Of a stretch of 64,000 nt of DNA, positions 11,251 to 24,885 are shown one piece after another. A program made the translations under genes and the position numbers. The DNA comes from Scyliorhinus canicula (Eukaryota). The stretch is taken from positions 124,001-188,000 of the forward strand of contig NW_024055456.1 in assembly GCF_902713615.1 (NCBI RefSeq). The letters are read 5' to 3'. Within the stretch, counting starts at the first letter, position 1, and each line of letters begins with the position of its first letter. The notes beneath the pieces are model-generated. The model did no database searches and was not told the origin of the DNA. It saw only the letters and a program-made list of their open reading frames with translations.

Positions 11251-12399
11251 ACGAGGAATGGAAAGGTCTGGGACAAATATCTTAATGTCTGTGTCATATA
11301 TGAAAAGTGGGGAAAATTGATGCTCATGTGATTAAAGTGGCAGGAGCAGAATGTGTACAACAGCGACTAAGGGACAGAATACAGTGTAGCTGTTAACAAT
11401 TGTTTCAGATTGGGTGGGGTACAGAGTGTTATTCTCCAGTGGGTAATATTAGCAGCACTGCTTTTTCTGTTATATATTAATAGACAGGACTCGGGACTCG
11501 GGTTCACAGGATATCAATTGAAAAGTTGCATTTGTGTCCCAAGTTGACAATGTAGTAAACAGGGAAGAGGATTACATACATAGATACATAGAAGTTAGGA
11601 GGAGGAGGCTTTTTGGCCCTTCGAGCCTGCTCCGCCATTTGTCACGATCATGGCTGATCATCCAACTCAATGGCCTAATCCTGCTTTCTCCCCACAGCCT
11701 TTGATCCCATTCTCCCCAAGCGCTATATCCAGCCGCCTCTTGAACATATTCAATGTTTTAGAATCAACTATTTCCTGTGCTACTAAATTCCACAGGGTCA
11801 CCACTCTTTGGGTGAAGAAATGTCTCCTTATCTCTGTCCGAAATGAATCCTGTATCCTCAGGCTGTGACCCCGGTTCTAGACACACCCATCATCGGTAAC
11901 ATCTTCCCTGCAACTACACTGTCTCGTACTGCTGGAATTTTATAAGTCTCTGTGAGATTCCCACTCATTCTTCTGAACTCCATCGAGATCAATCCTAACG
12001 TAGTCAATCATAGATATAGACATAGAATTTACAGTGCAGAAGGAGGCCATTCAGCCCATCGAGTCTGCACCGGCTCTTGGAAAGAGCCCCCTACCCAAGG
12101 TCAACACCTCCACCCTATCCCCATAACCCAGTAACCCCACCCAACACTCAGGGCAATTTTGGACACTAAGGGCAATTTATCATGGCCAATCCATCTAACC
12201 TGCGCATTTTTGGACAATCGCCCCTCATATGACAGTCCCGCCGTCCCTGGTGTTGTAACAAGGATGCGTCCAGCCTAGGCTGCAGCAGGTCACTGGCTTT
12301 TTCATGTACACAGGCAGATAGGTGGCAGATAAAATTCAATGCTGAGAAGTGATGCATTAAAACGAAATATTGGGGGGAGGGCGGTCGGTTGTATGAAAA

Positions 12400-13655
12400 A
12401 TTAGAAAACCAAAGTTAAAAGAGAAGGTGAGAGTGCAGGGTAATGATCAGGACATTAACCGAGTAAAACGGGCCGAGGGCTTAGGGGAGGTTAGTAAAGT
12501 TTCCTGAACACGTGCTAGAGTAGGGAGTATGGATAGAGGCGTGTATGCAACTTCAGGCACAGCAGAAAAAGGGACAACGATGAGAAGGGATGGTCAACGC
12601 CGAACTGAGGGTGTTGTACCTAAATGTGGGCAGTATACGGAACAAGGTAAATGAACTCATTGCACACATTGAAATTGGCATGCATGGAAAAAGGGGGCGG
12701 GGTTGCATTGTGAGCAAGGAATGAAATTAACTCGATCGCAAGAAGCAATTAAGAGTCCGAAGGTGTAGAATCCCTGTGGGAAAAGTTGACGAATCTCAAA
12801 GGAAAAAAGACCCTGATGAGAGGTACGTACAGGCCCCTGGCCGTAGTCAGAATGTGGGGCACAATATCAATCAGCAAATAGAAAAGGCACATAAGAGAGG
12901 AAATATTATAATAATCATGGGGGACTTCAATATGGAGGAGGACAGGGAAAGTCAGGTTGGTAGCAGATCTCAAGAAAAGGAATTTGACCACTCACGGTCA
13001 ATGACCACAATATGATAGAATTCACCCTGCAGTTTGGGAGGTAGAAGCTGGAATCAAATGGAACGGTATTACAATTGAATAAAGGTGTTCTACAAAGATA
13101 AAGGGAGGAGCTGGCCAGAGTTGATTGGAAAGGGAGCCGAGCAGGGAAGACAGTGGAACAGCAGTGGCAGGACGTTTTGGGGGTTATTCGCGAGGCACTA
13201 CAAACATTAATCCCAAAGAAGAGGAACCATGCTAAGGGGAGGACAGGACATCCATGGTTGACAAGGGAAGTCAAGGACAGCATAAAAGCAAAGGAATAAA
13301 CAGACAATGTGGTGAAGATTAATGGGATGCCGGAGGATCCGGAAGCCTTTAAAGGCTGATGTAATGTAAAAGCTAATAAAGATTTTATTATTACCTTTGA
13401 ACTGAGGGCACTGATGCTACGTTTTCAGATGATGCTCAGATACGTAGAGGGACAGGTTGTGCTGAGGAAGCAGAGAGGCTGCAGAAAGACTTGGTCAGGC
13501 TAAGAGAGTGGGCAAAGCAGTGGAAGATGGAATACAATGTAGAAAAGTGTAAAGTTCTGCATTTTGGAGGAAACATAGAGTATTTTCTAATTGGAGTAGG
13601 GCTTAGGAAATCAGAAGCTCAAATGCACTTAGGAATTCTAGTTGACGATTCTCTT

Positions 13656-13686
<31 letters not shown>

Positions 13687-14580
13687 ATTTTTTTTTTATA
13701 AATTTAGAATATCCAATTCATTTTTTCCAATTAAGGGGCAATTTAACGTGGCCAATCCACCTAACCTGCACATCTTTGGGTTGTGGGGGTGAAACCCACG
13801 CAGACACGGGGAGAATGTGTAAACTCCTCACAGACAGTGACCCAGGGCCGGGATTCGAACCCGGGTCCTCAGCGCCGTAGGCAGCAATGCTAACCACTGT
13901 GCCACCGTGCCGCCCTGATTCTCTTAAGGTTAACATGCAAGTTCAGTTGGCAGCTGGGAAGACAAATGCAATGTTAGCATTCATGTCGCGAGGGCTAGAT
14001 TACAAGAGCAGAGATGTAACTGTTGAGGTTCTATAAGACTCTGGTCAGACCCCATTTGGAATATTGTGAGCAGTTTTGGTCGCCTTATCTAAGAAACAAC
14101 GTGCTGGCCTTGGAGAAGCTCCAGAGGAGATTCACAAGACTGATCCTCGGAATGACGGACTTGTCATATGAGGAGCGGTTGAGGACTCTGGGTCTGTGCT
14201 GGATAGAGTTAAGAAGGATGAGGTGTCGTGAGCGGAGTGGGCCGCGGGGCGGTGTGTGGGGGTGGGGTCACATTGAAACTTTCAGAATAGTGAGAGGCCT
14301 AGTAGGTGAAACGAGAACCCGAGGGCACAGCTTCAGATTTAAGGGACAATCCTTCACAACTGAGAAGAGGATAACTTTATTCAACCAGAGGGTCTTGAAT
14401 CTGTGGAACTCATTCCCGCAGAAGGCTGTGGAGGCTTATATGATAGAGGCAGACAGATTATTGATTAATTACGGGACCAGGGATTATGGGGAGAAGGCGG
14501 GAGAATGAGGATTAGAAACATAACAGTCATGATTCAATGTGGAGCAGACTCGATGGACTAAAAGGACGGGTTCTGCTCCT
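12400..14580 (+). mobile_element. Degenerate CR1-clade LINE remnant (endonuclease start, RT end, 3' UTR), interrupted by a SINE
   Basis: LRVLYLNVGSIRNKVNELIAHIEIG near 12600, IIMGDFNM, and YKTLVRPHLEYCEQFWSPYL at 14030. Confidence 0.8.
13662..13916 (-). mobile_element. tRNA-derived SINE with long poly(A) tail and 15-bp TSD
   Basis: TSD GATTCTCTTAAGGTT at 13647-13661 and 13917-13931; A box TGGCACAGTGG, B box GGTTCGAATCC; poly(T) on the + strand. Confidence 0.92.
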
Positions 14581-14744
14581 ATGTTTTATGATTTTATGGT
14601 AGGAAGACCATCTATGGACAATCTTAGAATAGATAGGTGTTTGATTGTCGTCGCAGAAATGATCGGTGGAAGGGCATCTTTCTATACTGTAAAACTCTCA
14701 GACTCCATGACCCTATGACAGAGTCTAAAGCAATGATCACTAAT

Positions 14745-16071
14745 ACAAAGAACAAAGAAAATTACAGCACAGGAACAGGCCCTTCGGCCCTCCCATCCTG
14801 CACCGATCCGGATCCTTTATCTAAACCTGTCGCCTATTTTCCAAGGATCTACTTCCCTCCGTTCCCCGCCCGTTCATATATCTGTCCAGATGCATCTTAA
14901 ATGATGCTAAAGTGCCCGCCTCGACCACCTCCGCTGGCAAAGCATTCCAGGCACCCTCTGCGTAAAAAACTTTCCACGCACATCTCCCTTCAACTTTCCC
15001 CCTCTCACCTTGAAATCGTGACCCCTTGTAATTGACACCCCCACTCTTGGAAAAAGCGTGTTGCTATTCACCCTGTCCATACCTCTCATAATTTTGTAGA
15101 CCTCAATCCGGTCCCCCCTCAACCTCCGTCTTTCCAACGAAAACAATCCTAATCTACTCAACCTATCTTCATAGCTTGTACCCTCCATACCAAGCAACAT
15201 CCCGGTGAACCTCCTCTGCACCCTCTCTAAAGCGTCCACACCCTTCTGGTAATGTGGCGACCAGAACTGCATGCAGTATTCCAAATGTGGCCTCACCAAA
15301 GTCCTATACAACTGTAACATGACCTGCCGACTCTTGTACTCAATACCCCGTCGGATGAAGGCAAGCATGCTGTATGCCTTCTTGACCACTCTATCGACCT
15401 GCGTTGCCATATTCAGGGTACAATGGACCCGAACTCCCAGATCTCTCTGTACATCAATTTTCCCCAGGACTCTTCCATTTACCATATAGTCCGCTCTTGA
15501 ATTAGATCTTCCAAAATGCATCACCTCGCATTTTCCTGGATTGAACTCGATCTGCCAATTCTCTGCCCAACTCTCCAATCTATCAATATTTTGCTGTATT
15601 CTCTGACAGTCCTCCTCGCTATCTGCAACTCCACCAATCTTAGTATCATCTGCAAACATGCTCATCAGACCACCTATACCTTCGTCCAGATCATTTATGT
15701 GTATCAAAAACAACAGTGGTCTGAGCACGGATCCCTGTGGAACACCACTCGTCACCGTTCTCCATTTTGAGACACTCCCTTCCAACGCTGCTCTCTGTCT
15801 CCTGTTGCCCAGCCAGTTCTTTATCCATCTAGTTAGTACACCCTGAACACCATACTTCACTTTTTCCATCAACCTGCCATGGGAAACTTTATCAAACGCC
15901 TTACTGAAGTCCCTGTATATGACATCTACAGCCCTTCCCTCATTAATTAACTTTGTCACTTCCTCAAAGAATTCTATTAGGTTTGTAAGACATGACCTTC
16001 CCTGCACAAAACCATGCTACCTGTCACTGATAAGTCTATTTTCTTCCAAATGTGAATAGATCCTATCCTTC
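14745..16071 (-). mobile_element. 5'-truncated CR1-clade LINE (RT C-terminal half plus 3' UTR)
   Basis: ORF 14907-16007: GRSCLTNLIEFFEEVT, DFSKAFDKV, SGVPQGSVL, FADDTK; microsatellite tail at about 14745. Confidence 0.92.
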
Positions 16072-16107
16072 AGGGGTACAGGGTGTAGGTTAACCTAAAT
16101 TGAGATT

Positions 16108-16294
16108 GAAATGAAATGAAATGAAAATCGCTTATTATCACGAGTAGGCTTCAATGAAGTTACTGTGAAAAGCCCCGAGTCGCCACATTCCGGCGCCTGT
16201 CTGGGGAGGCTGGCACGGGAATCGAACCGTGCTGCTGGCCTACTTGGTCTGCTTCAAAAGCTAGCGATTTAGCCCAGTGAGCTAAACCAGCCCC
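16108..16294 (-). mobile_element. Short tRNA-derived SINE with (TTTCA)n tail
   Basis: Full-length family member. Confidence 0.85.
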
Positions 16295-18205
16295 TGGATC
16301 CCGTGCAGTGATTACTGATACAGGGTATAGATTAACATAAACCGAGACATGTTCTAGTGCAGCGATTACCGATACAAAGTTTCATTAACTTAAATGAGAT
16401 AGGATCTAAAGCAGTGATTATTGATACAGTATCTAGAATATTATAAACGGAGGCAGGGTCTATTGCAGTCATTCCTGGTCAAGGTCTGGATTAATATACG
16501 TGTACAGAGTTATTAGGCCAGATGATTAAAAATGTGGTTGATGAGGCCGGTTATGGGATGATTTTAATAAGGGAATTGAGGTAACGAGGTGTAGGGAATG
16601 AATACCAGAGCTGAGGACCGAGACATATGAAGATATCGCAAAATCAACCAAATAATTCTGAAGATAACAATACGCCTTGATCGTTTGGAGTTGCAAAAAT
16701 TAAGAAAAATGTTTCATATGCACACCTACACTAACGGCTAATACGCTTTTGCAGCGATTTTAGTTGCTCTTCTTAACCAGATGAGTGTTTTATGATTGGG
16801 TGGACATTTCTCCTATGGGTGCCCACCATTACCATCGTGGCGATACTGTGATAACACGGTTCTGTCTAACTCTGCCAGTGCATCAGGTGATCGGTTAATA
16901 TAAATCGAGGCAGGAAAATAATCATCATCATGAAAAAAAACTTTCCAATCGATAGAGTATAACACAAGAGTATATTCATCATTTTGAACAAAACAGAGAT
17001 TTCCACGAAATTTTGGGAATTGCAGTGCACCGGTGTTCACATGTAGACATGTCTCACAAGATCAATTCATTACTGGGATGTTGGTAAAACATTCAACTCA
17101 ATATTTCCCACATGATAGCAAAGCAAATTCACATTTAATACAACTACTTATAGATATTAACATGAATTAACATAATCTCAAAATCAACGATGATTGTACT
17201 TGGAGAAACAAGCAAACATGCCCAATAATTTATAATATCGAGACAGGTAACAGGAACATGGTCCGGTTAATATCAACAGAGACAGGCCTTGGCGTGATGT
17301 GAAGATGCAAATTCGTGTGGAATATAGAAGAGGCGGAACTTAATGTGATCTAATCCTATGTATGTTCTAGCGTATTATTAATTGAGTGCAGCACAAACAG
17401 TACAGTGTGGTATAGACAGGGACAGGGGTTACTTTAATAGAAATAAAGACAGGTCTCATTTAACATGAGAATAAACAGATTTGATGTAATACAGTGCCAG
17501 AGAAAGTAGAGCAGGAGTAGACCATTATGCCCTTCGAGCCTGCTCCGCTATTCATTATGATCATGGCTGATCATCCACCTTAGTAACCTGTTCCCACTTT
17601 CCCCCATATCATTTGGTCCCTTCAGAGTTTTGATCCCCAAGAGCTTTATCTAACTCCTCCTTGAAAACATACAATACTTTGGAGTCAACGTCGTTCTGTG
17701 GTAGAGAATTCAACAGGTTCACAACTCCCAGGGTGAAGATATTACTCCTCATCTCAGTATTAAATGGTTTACCCCGTATCCTTAGATTGTGACCCCTGGT
17801 TCTACCTTCCCCGCCATCGGACACATCCTTTCTGCATCTTCCCTGTCCAGTCCTTTTACAATTTGATAGGTTTATAATGAGGGGGAAATTAATATTTCAT
17901 AAATTAGTGTCTTCTGATTTCTGACCCTCCTGCCAGTGAATCAACTTTCTTCCTAATTAATCAAACAAAGCCATTCATAATTTTGACCATTTTTACCACG
18001 CCTCCCAAAAACTGCTCGGTTCGAAGGAAAACAATCCGAGCTTCCAACCAATATGACCGTGCAGCTCATGCAGTGTGAAGACCCAGTTGTATATATGTTT
18101 CTGCCTTGCTTGTGTTCAGATGCTATTTTTGGAATTACTGACATTTTATATGGAGCCAGTGGAATTACCGCTCACCATTACCATCGTGTCCGAATTAGAC
18201 ACAAG

Positions 18206-18433
18206 GCGGGGGCAGCATGGTCATGCAGTTGTTCGCACTGCTGCCTCACGGTGCCAAGGTACCAGGTTCGATCCCGACTCTCGGTCCCTGATCGCGTGAA
18301 GTTTGCACATTCTCCCCGTGTCTGCGTGAGTTTCACCCCCAAAACCCGAAGATGTACAGTGTAGGTGGATTGGCTGCGCTAAATTGCCCCTTGATTTGGA
18401 AAAAAATAATTGGGTACTCTAAATTTATAACAA
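18206..18433 (+). mobile_element. A-rich-tail SINE with 14-bp TSD
   Basis: GAATTAGACACAAG (18192-18205) and GAATAAGACACAAG (18434-18447); empty site at 27146-27159. Confidence 0.85.
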
Positions 18434-19494
18434 GAATAAGACACAAGACGAAGAAAAGACTAGCCTCTGAAAATTAAATTGACCCATGTAAGGCTGCACC
18501 CAGAATAAGAACTTTAGATACACTGAGCAATATTTCAGAATGTAATGTCAACATGCAAACCATGATAGGTTAACAGTCTTGTCTCAGTGGAATCAATATC
18601 ACTTCTCACAACAGATACCTGAGCCCATGACCCAGATGTGATCCAATGCAGGAGTATTTTATGTTTCAGTTGCTCCATCTTTTAGATGTGATGATATTAC
18701 AGTCCTAGGGGTGCTTCGCAATATATTACTGGACTGGTAATCTGGAGGCATAAACTATTAATCCAGAGACTCGAATACAAATTCCACCAGGGCATATTGC
18801 AATGATGTGAGCAGTTTTGGTCTCCTCACCTCAGGATAGATATTTTGGAGGCAGTCCAGAGAAGGTTCATTAGGTTAATCTCGGGTGTGGATGGATTTTC
18901 ATCGGTAGCTGGAATTTCACAGCACATAAAGAGGTTCTTCGGCACATCGTTACTGCGCCTGTCATCAAATAGAGAGGAATCCGGCCGTGGAAAGTCTTGA
19001 AACACAGACCTCTCGGTTTGCAGCGAAAAACGTTGACCAATTTCACCACAGAGACTGACATGAGGAGAGTCTAAGTTGGGAAGACCTACACGCATTGGTG
19101 TTTTGAAGAATGAGAGGCGAACTTACTGAGATATGTAGTATTTTCAAGGAGCTTGACAGTGTGGATGCTCGAGGTTGTTTCTGCTTGTGGGAGAGTCTGG
19201 GACTGTAGGGCACCATCTCAGAGTAAGGTGTCGCTCATTTCAGACGTGGATGAAGAGGAATTTCGTCTCTCAGAGGGGAGTAATTCTATGGTGCAGAGAA
19301 TTGGAGAGGCCGGGTCAATAAATATGTCCAAGACTGTGACAGACATATTTTTCATTAGTCAGGGAATCAAGGATTATGGGGATAAGGCGGAAAAGTGGAG
19401 TTGAGGATTTATTAGATCAGCCACGATCTCATTGAATGGCAGATCATATTCCATGGGCCGAATGGCCACCTTCTGCTCCTACATCTTATAGTTT

Positions 19495-19672
19495 GAAAAT
19501 GCAAATCGCTTATTGTCACGACTAGGCTTCAATGAAGTTACTGTGAAAAGCCCCTAGTCGCCACACTCCGACACCTGGCCGGGGAGGCTGGTACAGGAAT
19601 CGAACCGTGCTGCTGGCCTGCTTGGTCTGCTTTAAAAAGCAGCGAATTAGCCCAGTGAGCTAAACCAGCCGC
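19495..19672 (-). mobile_element. Short tRNA-derived SINE with (TTTCA)n tail
   Basis: Family match; absent from the paralogous site near 28375. Confidence 0.8.
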
Positions 19673-19947
19673 TGGTTTTATGGCAGCTGGGGGACTTTCA
19701 ATTGAATGAATTAATAAATCAGAAATAAAATTGTTGCGTCATTCATAATACTCATGAAGCTAGCGAAATTTCTCAAAGCCCAGCAGGTTCACCAATGCCC
19801 TTCAGGAGAAGAAATCTTCCCTCCTTACCCTGTCTGGCCTCTATGTGAGTAGTTCAGCAGTGATGTGGTTGATGCTTAACTACCTCTGATATTACCGAGC
19901 AAGCCAATCAGTTCAAGGTCTGCTGCCACAGAAAGTCAGATGTGAAT

Positions 19948-22900
19948 TCAACCGGGATGGTGCAGGCGGGAGGGATTCAGATTTCTGGATAAATGGGGCT
20001 CTTTCTGGGGAAGGTGGGACCTCTATAGACAGGATGGTCTACATCTGAACCTAAGGGGGGGAGATTTGTTAGTACTCTTTGGGGGGGTTTAAACTAATTC
20101 AGCAGGGGCATGGGAATCTGGATTGTAGTTTTGGGGTACGGGAGATTGAGAGTAGAGAGGTCAGGAGCACAGATTTGACTTCGCAGGAGGGCGCCAGTGT
20201 TCAGGTCGGTGATTTGAAGTGTGTCTATTACAATGCCAGGAGTATACGAAATAAGGTAGGGGAACTGGCAGCATGGGTTGGTACCTGGGACTTCGATGTT
20301 GTGGCCATTTCAGAGACATGGATAGAGCAGGGACAGGAATGGTTGTTGCAGGTTCCGGGGTTTAGGTATTTTAGTAAGGTCAGAGAAGGGGGCAAAAGAG
20401 GGGGAGGTGTGGTGCTGCTAGTCAAGGACAGTATTACGGTGGCAGAAAGGATGCAAGATGGGGACTCTTCTTCCGAGGTAGTATGGGCTGAGGTTAGAAA
20501 CAGGAAAGGAGAGGTCACACTGCTGGGAGTTTTCTATAGGCCACCTAATAGTTCTAGAGATGTAGAGGAAAGGATGGCGAAGATGATTCTGGAAAAGAGC
20601 AAAAGTAACAGGGTAGTTGTTATGGGAGACTTTAACTTTCCTAATATTGACTGGAAAAGATATAGTTCGAGTACATTGGATGGGTCGTTCTTTGTACAAT
20701 GTGTGCAGGAGGGTTTTCTGACACAATATGTTGACAGGCCAACAAAAGGTGAGGCCACTTTGGATTTGCTTTTGGGTAATGAACCAGGCCAGGTGTTAGA
20801 TCTGGAGGTAGGTGAACACTTTGGAGACAGTGACCACAATTCGGTGACCTTTACATTAGTGATGGAAAGGGATAAGTATACCCCGCAGGGCAAGAGTTAT
20901 AGCTGGGGGAAGGCCAATTATGATGCCATTAGACATGACTTAGGATGTGTAGGTTGGAGAAGTAGGCTGCAAGGGTTGGGCACACTGCATATGTGGAGCT
21001 TGTTCAAGGAACAGCTATTGCGTGTTCTTGATCAGTACGTACCAGTCAGACAGGGAGGAAAGGGTAGAGCGAGGGAACCGTGGTTTACCAAAGAAGTGGA
21101 ATCTCTTGTTAAGAGGAAAAAGGAAGCCTATGTGAAGATGAGGCGTGAAGTTTCAGTTGGGGCGCTTGATAGTTACAGGGAAGCGAGGAAGGATCTAAAG
21201 AGAGAGCTAAGAAGAGCCAAGCGAGGACATGAGAAGTCTTTGGCAGGTAGGATCAAGGATAACCCTAAAGCTTTCTACAGGTATGTCAGGAATAAAAGAA
21301 TGACTAGGGTAAGTGTAGGGCCAATCAAGGACAGTGGTGGGAAGCTGTGTGTGGAGGCTGAGGAGATAAGCGAGATACTAAATGAATACTTTTCGTCAGT
21401 ATTCACTCAGGAAAAAGATAATATTGTGGAGGAGAATGCTGAGACCCAGGCTATTAGAATAGATGGCATTGAGGTGCGTAGGGAAGAAGTGTTGGCAATT
21501 CTGGACAAGGTGAAAATAGATAAGTCCCCGGGGCCTGGTGGAATTTATCCTAGGATTCTCTGGGAAGCCAGGGAAGAGATTGCTGAGCCCTTGGCTTTGA
21601 TTTTTAGGTCATCATTGGCTACAGGAATAGTGCCAGAGGACTGGAGGATAGCAAATGTGGTCCCTTTATTCAAGAAGGGGAGTAGAGATAACCCCGGTAA
21701 CTATAGGCCGGCGAGCCTAACGTCTGTGGTGGGTAAAGTCTTGGAGAGGATTATAAAAGATACGATTTATAATCATCTAGATAGGAATAATATGATTAGG
21801 GATAGTCAGTATGGTTTTGTGAAGGGTAGGTCATGCCTCACAAACCTTATCGAGTTCTTTGAGAAGGTGACTGAACAGGTGGACGAGGGTAGAGCAGTTG
21901 ATGTGGTGTATATGGATTTCAGTAAAGCGTTTGATAAGGTTCCCCACGGTCGGCTATTGCAGAAAATACGGAGGCTGGGGATTGAGGGTGATTTAGAGAT
22001 GTGGATCAGAAATTGGCTAGTTGAAAGAAGACAGAGAGTGGTGGTTGATGGGAAATGTTCAGAATGGAGTTCAGTTATGACTGGCGTACCACAAGGATCT
22101 GTTCTGGGGCCGTTGCTGTTTGTCATTTTTATAAATGACCTAGAGGAGGGCGCAGAAGGATGGGTGAGTAAATTTGCAGATGACACTAAAGTCGGTGGAG
22201 TTGTAGACAGTGCGGAAAGATGTTGCAGGTTACAGAGGGACATAGATAAGCTGCAGAGCTGGGCTGAGAGGTGGCAAATGGAGTTTGATGTGGAGAAGTG
22301 TGAGGTGATTCACTTTGGAAAGAATAACAGGAATGAGGAATATTTGGCTAATGGTAAAATTCTTGGTAGTGTGGATGAGCAGAGGGATCTCGGTGTCCAT
22401 GTACATAGATCCCTGAAAGTTGCCACCCAGGTTGATAGGGTTATGAAGAAGGCCTATGGTGTGATGGCCTTTATTGGTAGAGGGATTGAGTTCCGGAGCC
22501 ATGAGGTCATGTTGCAGTTGTACAAAACTCTAGTACGGCCGCATTTGGAGTATTGCGTACAGTTCTGGTCACCTCATTATAGGAAGGACGTGGAAGCTTT
22601 GGAACGGGTGCAGAGGAGATTTACAAGGATGTTGCCTGGTATGGCTGATGGACTTGAGGTTGTTTTCGTTAGAGAGAAGAAGGTTAAGAGGTGACTTAAT
22701 AGAGGCATACAAAATGATCAGAGGGTTAGATTGGGTGGACAGCGAGAGCCTTCTCCCGCGGATGGAGGTGGCTAGCACGAGGGGACATAGCCTTAAATTG
22801 AGGGGTAATAGATATATGACAGAGGTCAGAGGTGGGTTTTTTACGCAAAGAGTGGTGAGGCCGTGGAATGCCCTACCTGCAACAGTAGTGAACTCGCCAA

Positions 22901-23049
22901 CATTGAGGGCATTTAAAAGTTTACTGGATAAGCACATGGATGATAAGGGCATAGTGTAGGTTAGATGGCCTTTAGTTTTTTCCATGTTGGTGCAACATCA
23001 AGGGCCGAAGGGCCTGTACTGCGCTGTATAGTTCTATGTTCTATGTTCT
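19948..23049 (+). mobile_element. CR1-clade (HER1-like) LINE, truncated within ORF1; ORF2 (AP endonuclease plus RT) nearly intact with a frameshift near the C-terminus
   Basis: ORF1 end WCRREGFRFLDKWGSFWGRWDLYRQDGLHLN (SGNH esterase-like). ORF 20079-22694 with YYNARSIRNK, ISETW, GDFNFP, DSDH, YMDFSKAFDKV, GVPQGSVLGP, FADDTK. Frame shifts near 22645; (TTCTATG)n tail. Confidence 0.95.
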
Positions 23050-23723
23050 AAGTGCACCTTATCTAAAAGGTGGTTCACATCCGGCTTCTCAGGATGGACA
23101 GTTAATGCTGACTTTGCCAGTGAGGGCTATATTCCGAGAATGAATGTTAAAAACTGTGCAAAGTGCTGCAGATTCCGGAAATGTAAAACAAAAACAAAAC
23201 AAAAGGCTGCTCAGCAGGTCAGTGAGCAGAGAGAGGAACAGATTCACATTTCAGGCATAATTGTAAAGAGCAGAGCTGCTTTTCCCAGTATCTTGGACCA
23301 ACATCCGTTCTTGAACTAAAATCACAGATTAGCTGGTCACTTATCACATCTCAGTTTGTGGGAGCTTGCTGTGCACAAATTCCCTGCTCTGTTTCCGACA
23401 TTACAGCAGTGACTAAATTCAACTAAAATACATCAGTGAGTTTTAAGGGCGTTGGGGTGACCTGAAGTCGGGTAAAGCGTTTTACAAAAGCAAGCTCTTT
23501 TCAAACGTTTACATTTTAAAATGCAGGTTGCAATATGTTGAAAGATCTGAGATTAACGTGACTATGGGTCACTCCTCTGCCTGATGTTTTAATTTATCTC
23601 CTTTAAATCGGTTAATGTTTCAATTAAATTAATATTCAGTGGAATAACAGCCTGGTTAAAGATGATTTATTAATTGAGGCATCAGAACTTTCAGAATTAA
23701 TACTTAATTTAAATTTATTTTTT

Positions 23724-24081
23724 CAGCAGGGTAGCATGGTGGTTAGCATAAATGCTTCACAGCTCCAGGGTCCCAGGTTCGATTCCCGGCTGGGTCACTG
23801 TCTGTGTGGAGTCTGCACGTCCTCCCCCTGTGTGCGTGGGTTTCCTCCGGGTGCTCCGGTTTCCTCCCACAGTCCAAAGATGTGTGGGTTAGGTGGATTG
23901 GCCATGCTAAATTGCCCGTAGTGTCCTAAAAAAGTAAGGTTAATGGGGGGGGGGGGGGGGGGTTGTTGGGTTACGGGTATAGGGTGGATACGTGGGTTTG
24001 AGTAGGGTGATCATGGCTCGGCACAACATTGAGGGCCGAAGGGCCTGTTCTGTGCTGTACTGTTCTATGTTCTATGTTCTA
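23724..24081 (+). mobile_element. HE1-like tRNA-derived SINE with CR1-type 3' tail
   Basis: Ends GGGCCGAAGGGCCTGTTCTGTGCTGTACTG(TTCTATG)n, like the CR1 at 22990-23050; empty site near 29335. Confidence 0.9.
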
Positions 24082-24610
24082 TTTCAATTAAGTAACATCT
24101 GTTCTAATGGATGTTTCTATACGTTTCAACCAACTGTCAATATTCTTAAAATAAACCGCTATTTTAAGTTGAACCTAATCAATAAATGACTGTTTATCTC
24201 GTTTTGTTGATGCAAACACTTCATTGTAACCAGTGAGGCGTTTATGTAAATAAACACAGAAATAGCAGTCTCAGATTAGATTATACACTGACAAAAGCAC
24301 AGCAACTATTTCCCCACCGACACAGCACATAAATAGAGGCAAGCACGCAAATAGATCAACGGATTCCAGTAATGATTGTTTTTGACATTTGATTCTTCAT
24401 CAGTTATATGAGAAAAAGGTCATCATGATATCCATGTTCAGAATTAGGAAAGATTCCCTCTAATCTCGAAATATAGTTACATGCAAAATATGTTCATAAA
24501 GTTTTCCAGTTCTCCTGCATCTGATACCTGTCCCTTTTTCCTAACTGGTTCTGTCTCATGTCTCTCCACAATGGGTCATTGCCTTTAATCGACAACATGA
24601 CAATCGACAA

Positions 24611-24885
24611 CTGTGTGGAGTCTGCACATCCTCCCAGTGTGTGCGTGGGTTTCCTCCGGGTGCTCCGGTTTCCTCCCACAGTCCAAAGATGTGCGGGTTA
24701 GGTGGATTGGCCATGCTAAATTGCCCGTAGTGTCCTAAAAAGTAAGGTTAAGGGGGGGGGGGGGTTGTTGGGTTACGGGTATAGGGTGGATACGTGGGTT
24801 TGAGTAGGGTGATCATTGCTCGGCACAACATCGGGGGCCGAAGGGCCTGTTCTGTGCTGTACTGTTCTATGTTCTATGTTCTATG
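24611..24885 (+). mobile_element. HE1-like SINE, 5'-truncated
   Basis: Near-identical to the 3' part of 23724-24081. Confidence 0.9.

Noticed and set aside
13830-13916. tRNA gene calls at SINE heads
   Set aside because: A and B boxes are present, but the heads continue into SINE bodies and do not form a full cloverleaf.
17305-19506. Octamer ATGCAAAT at 17305 and 19499
   Set aside because: Not linked to any V leader; the second is a mutated SINE tail and the first is absent from the paralogous copy.
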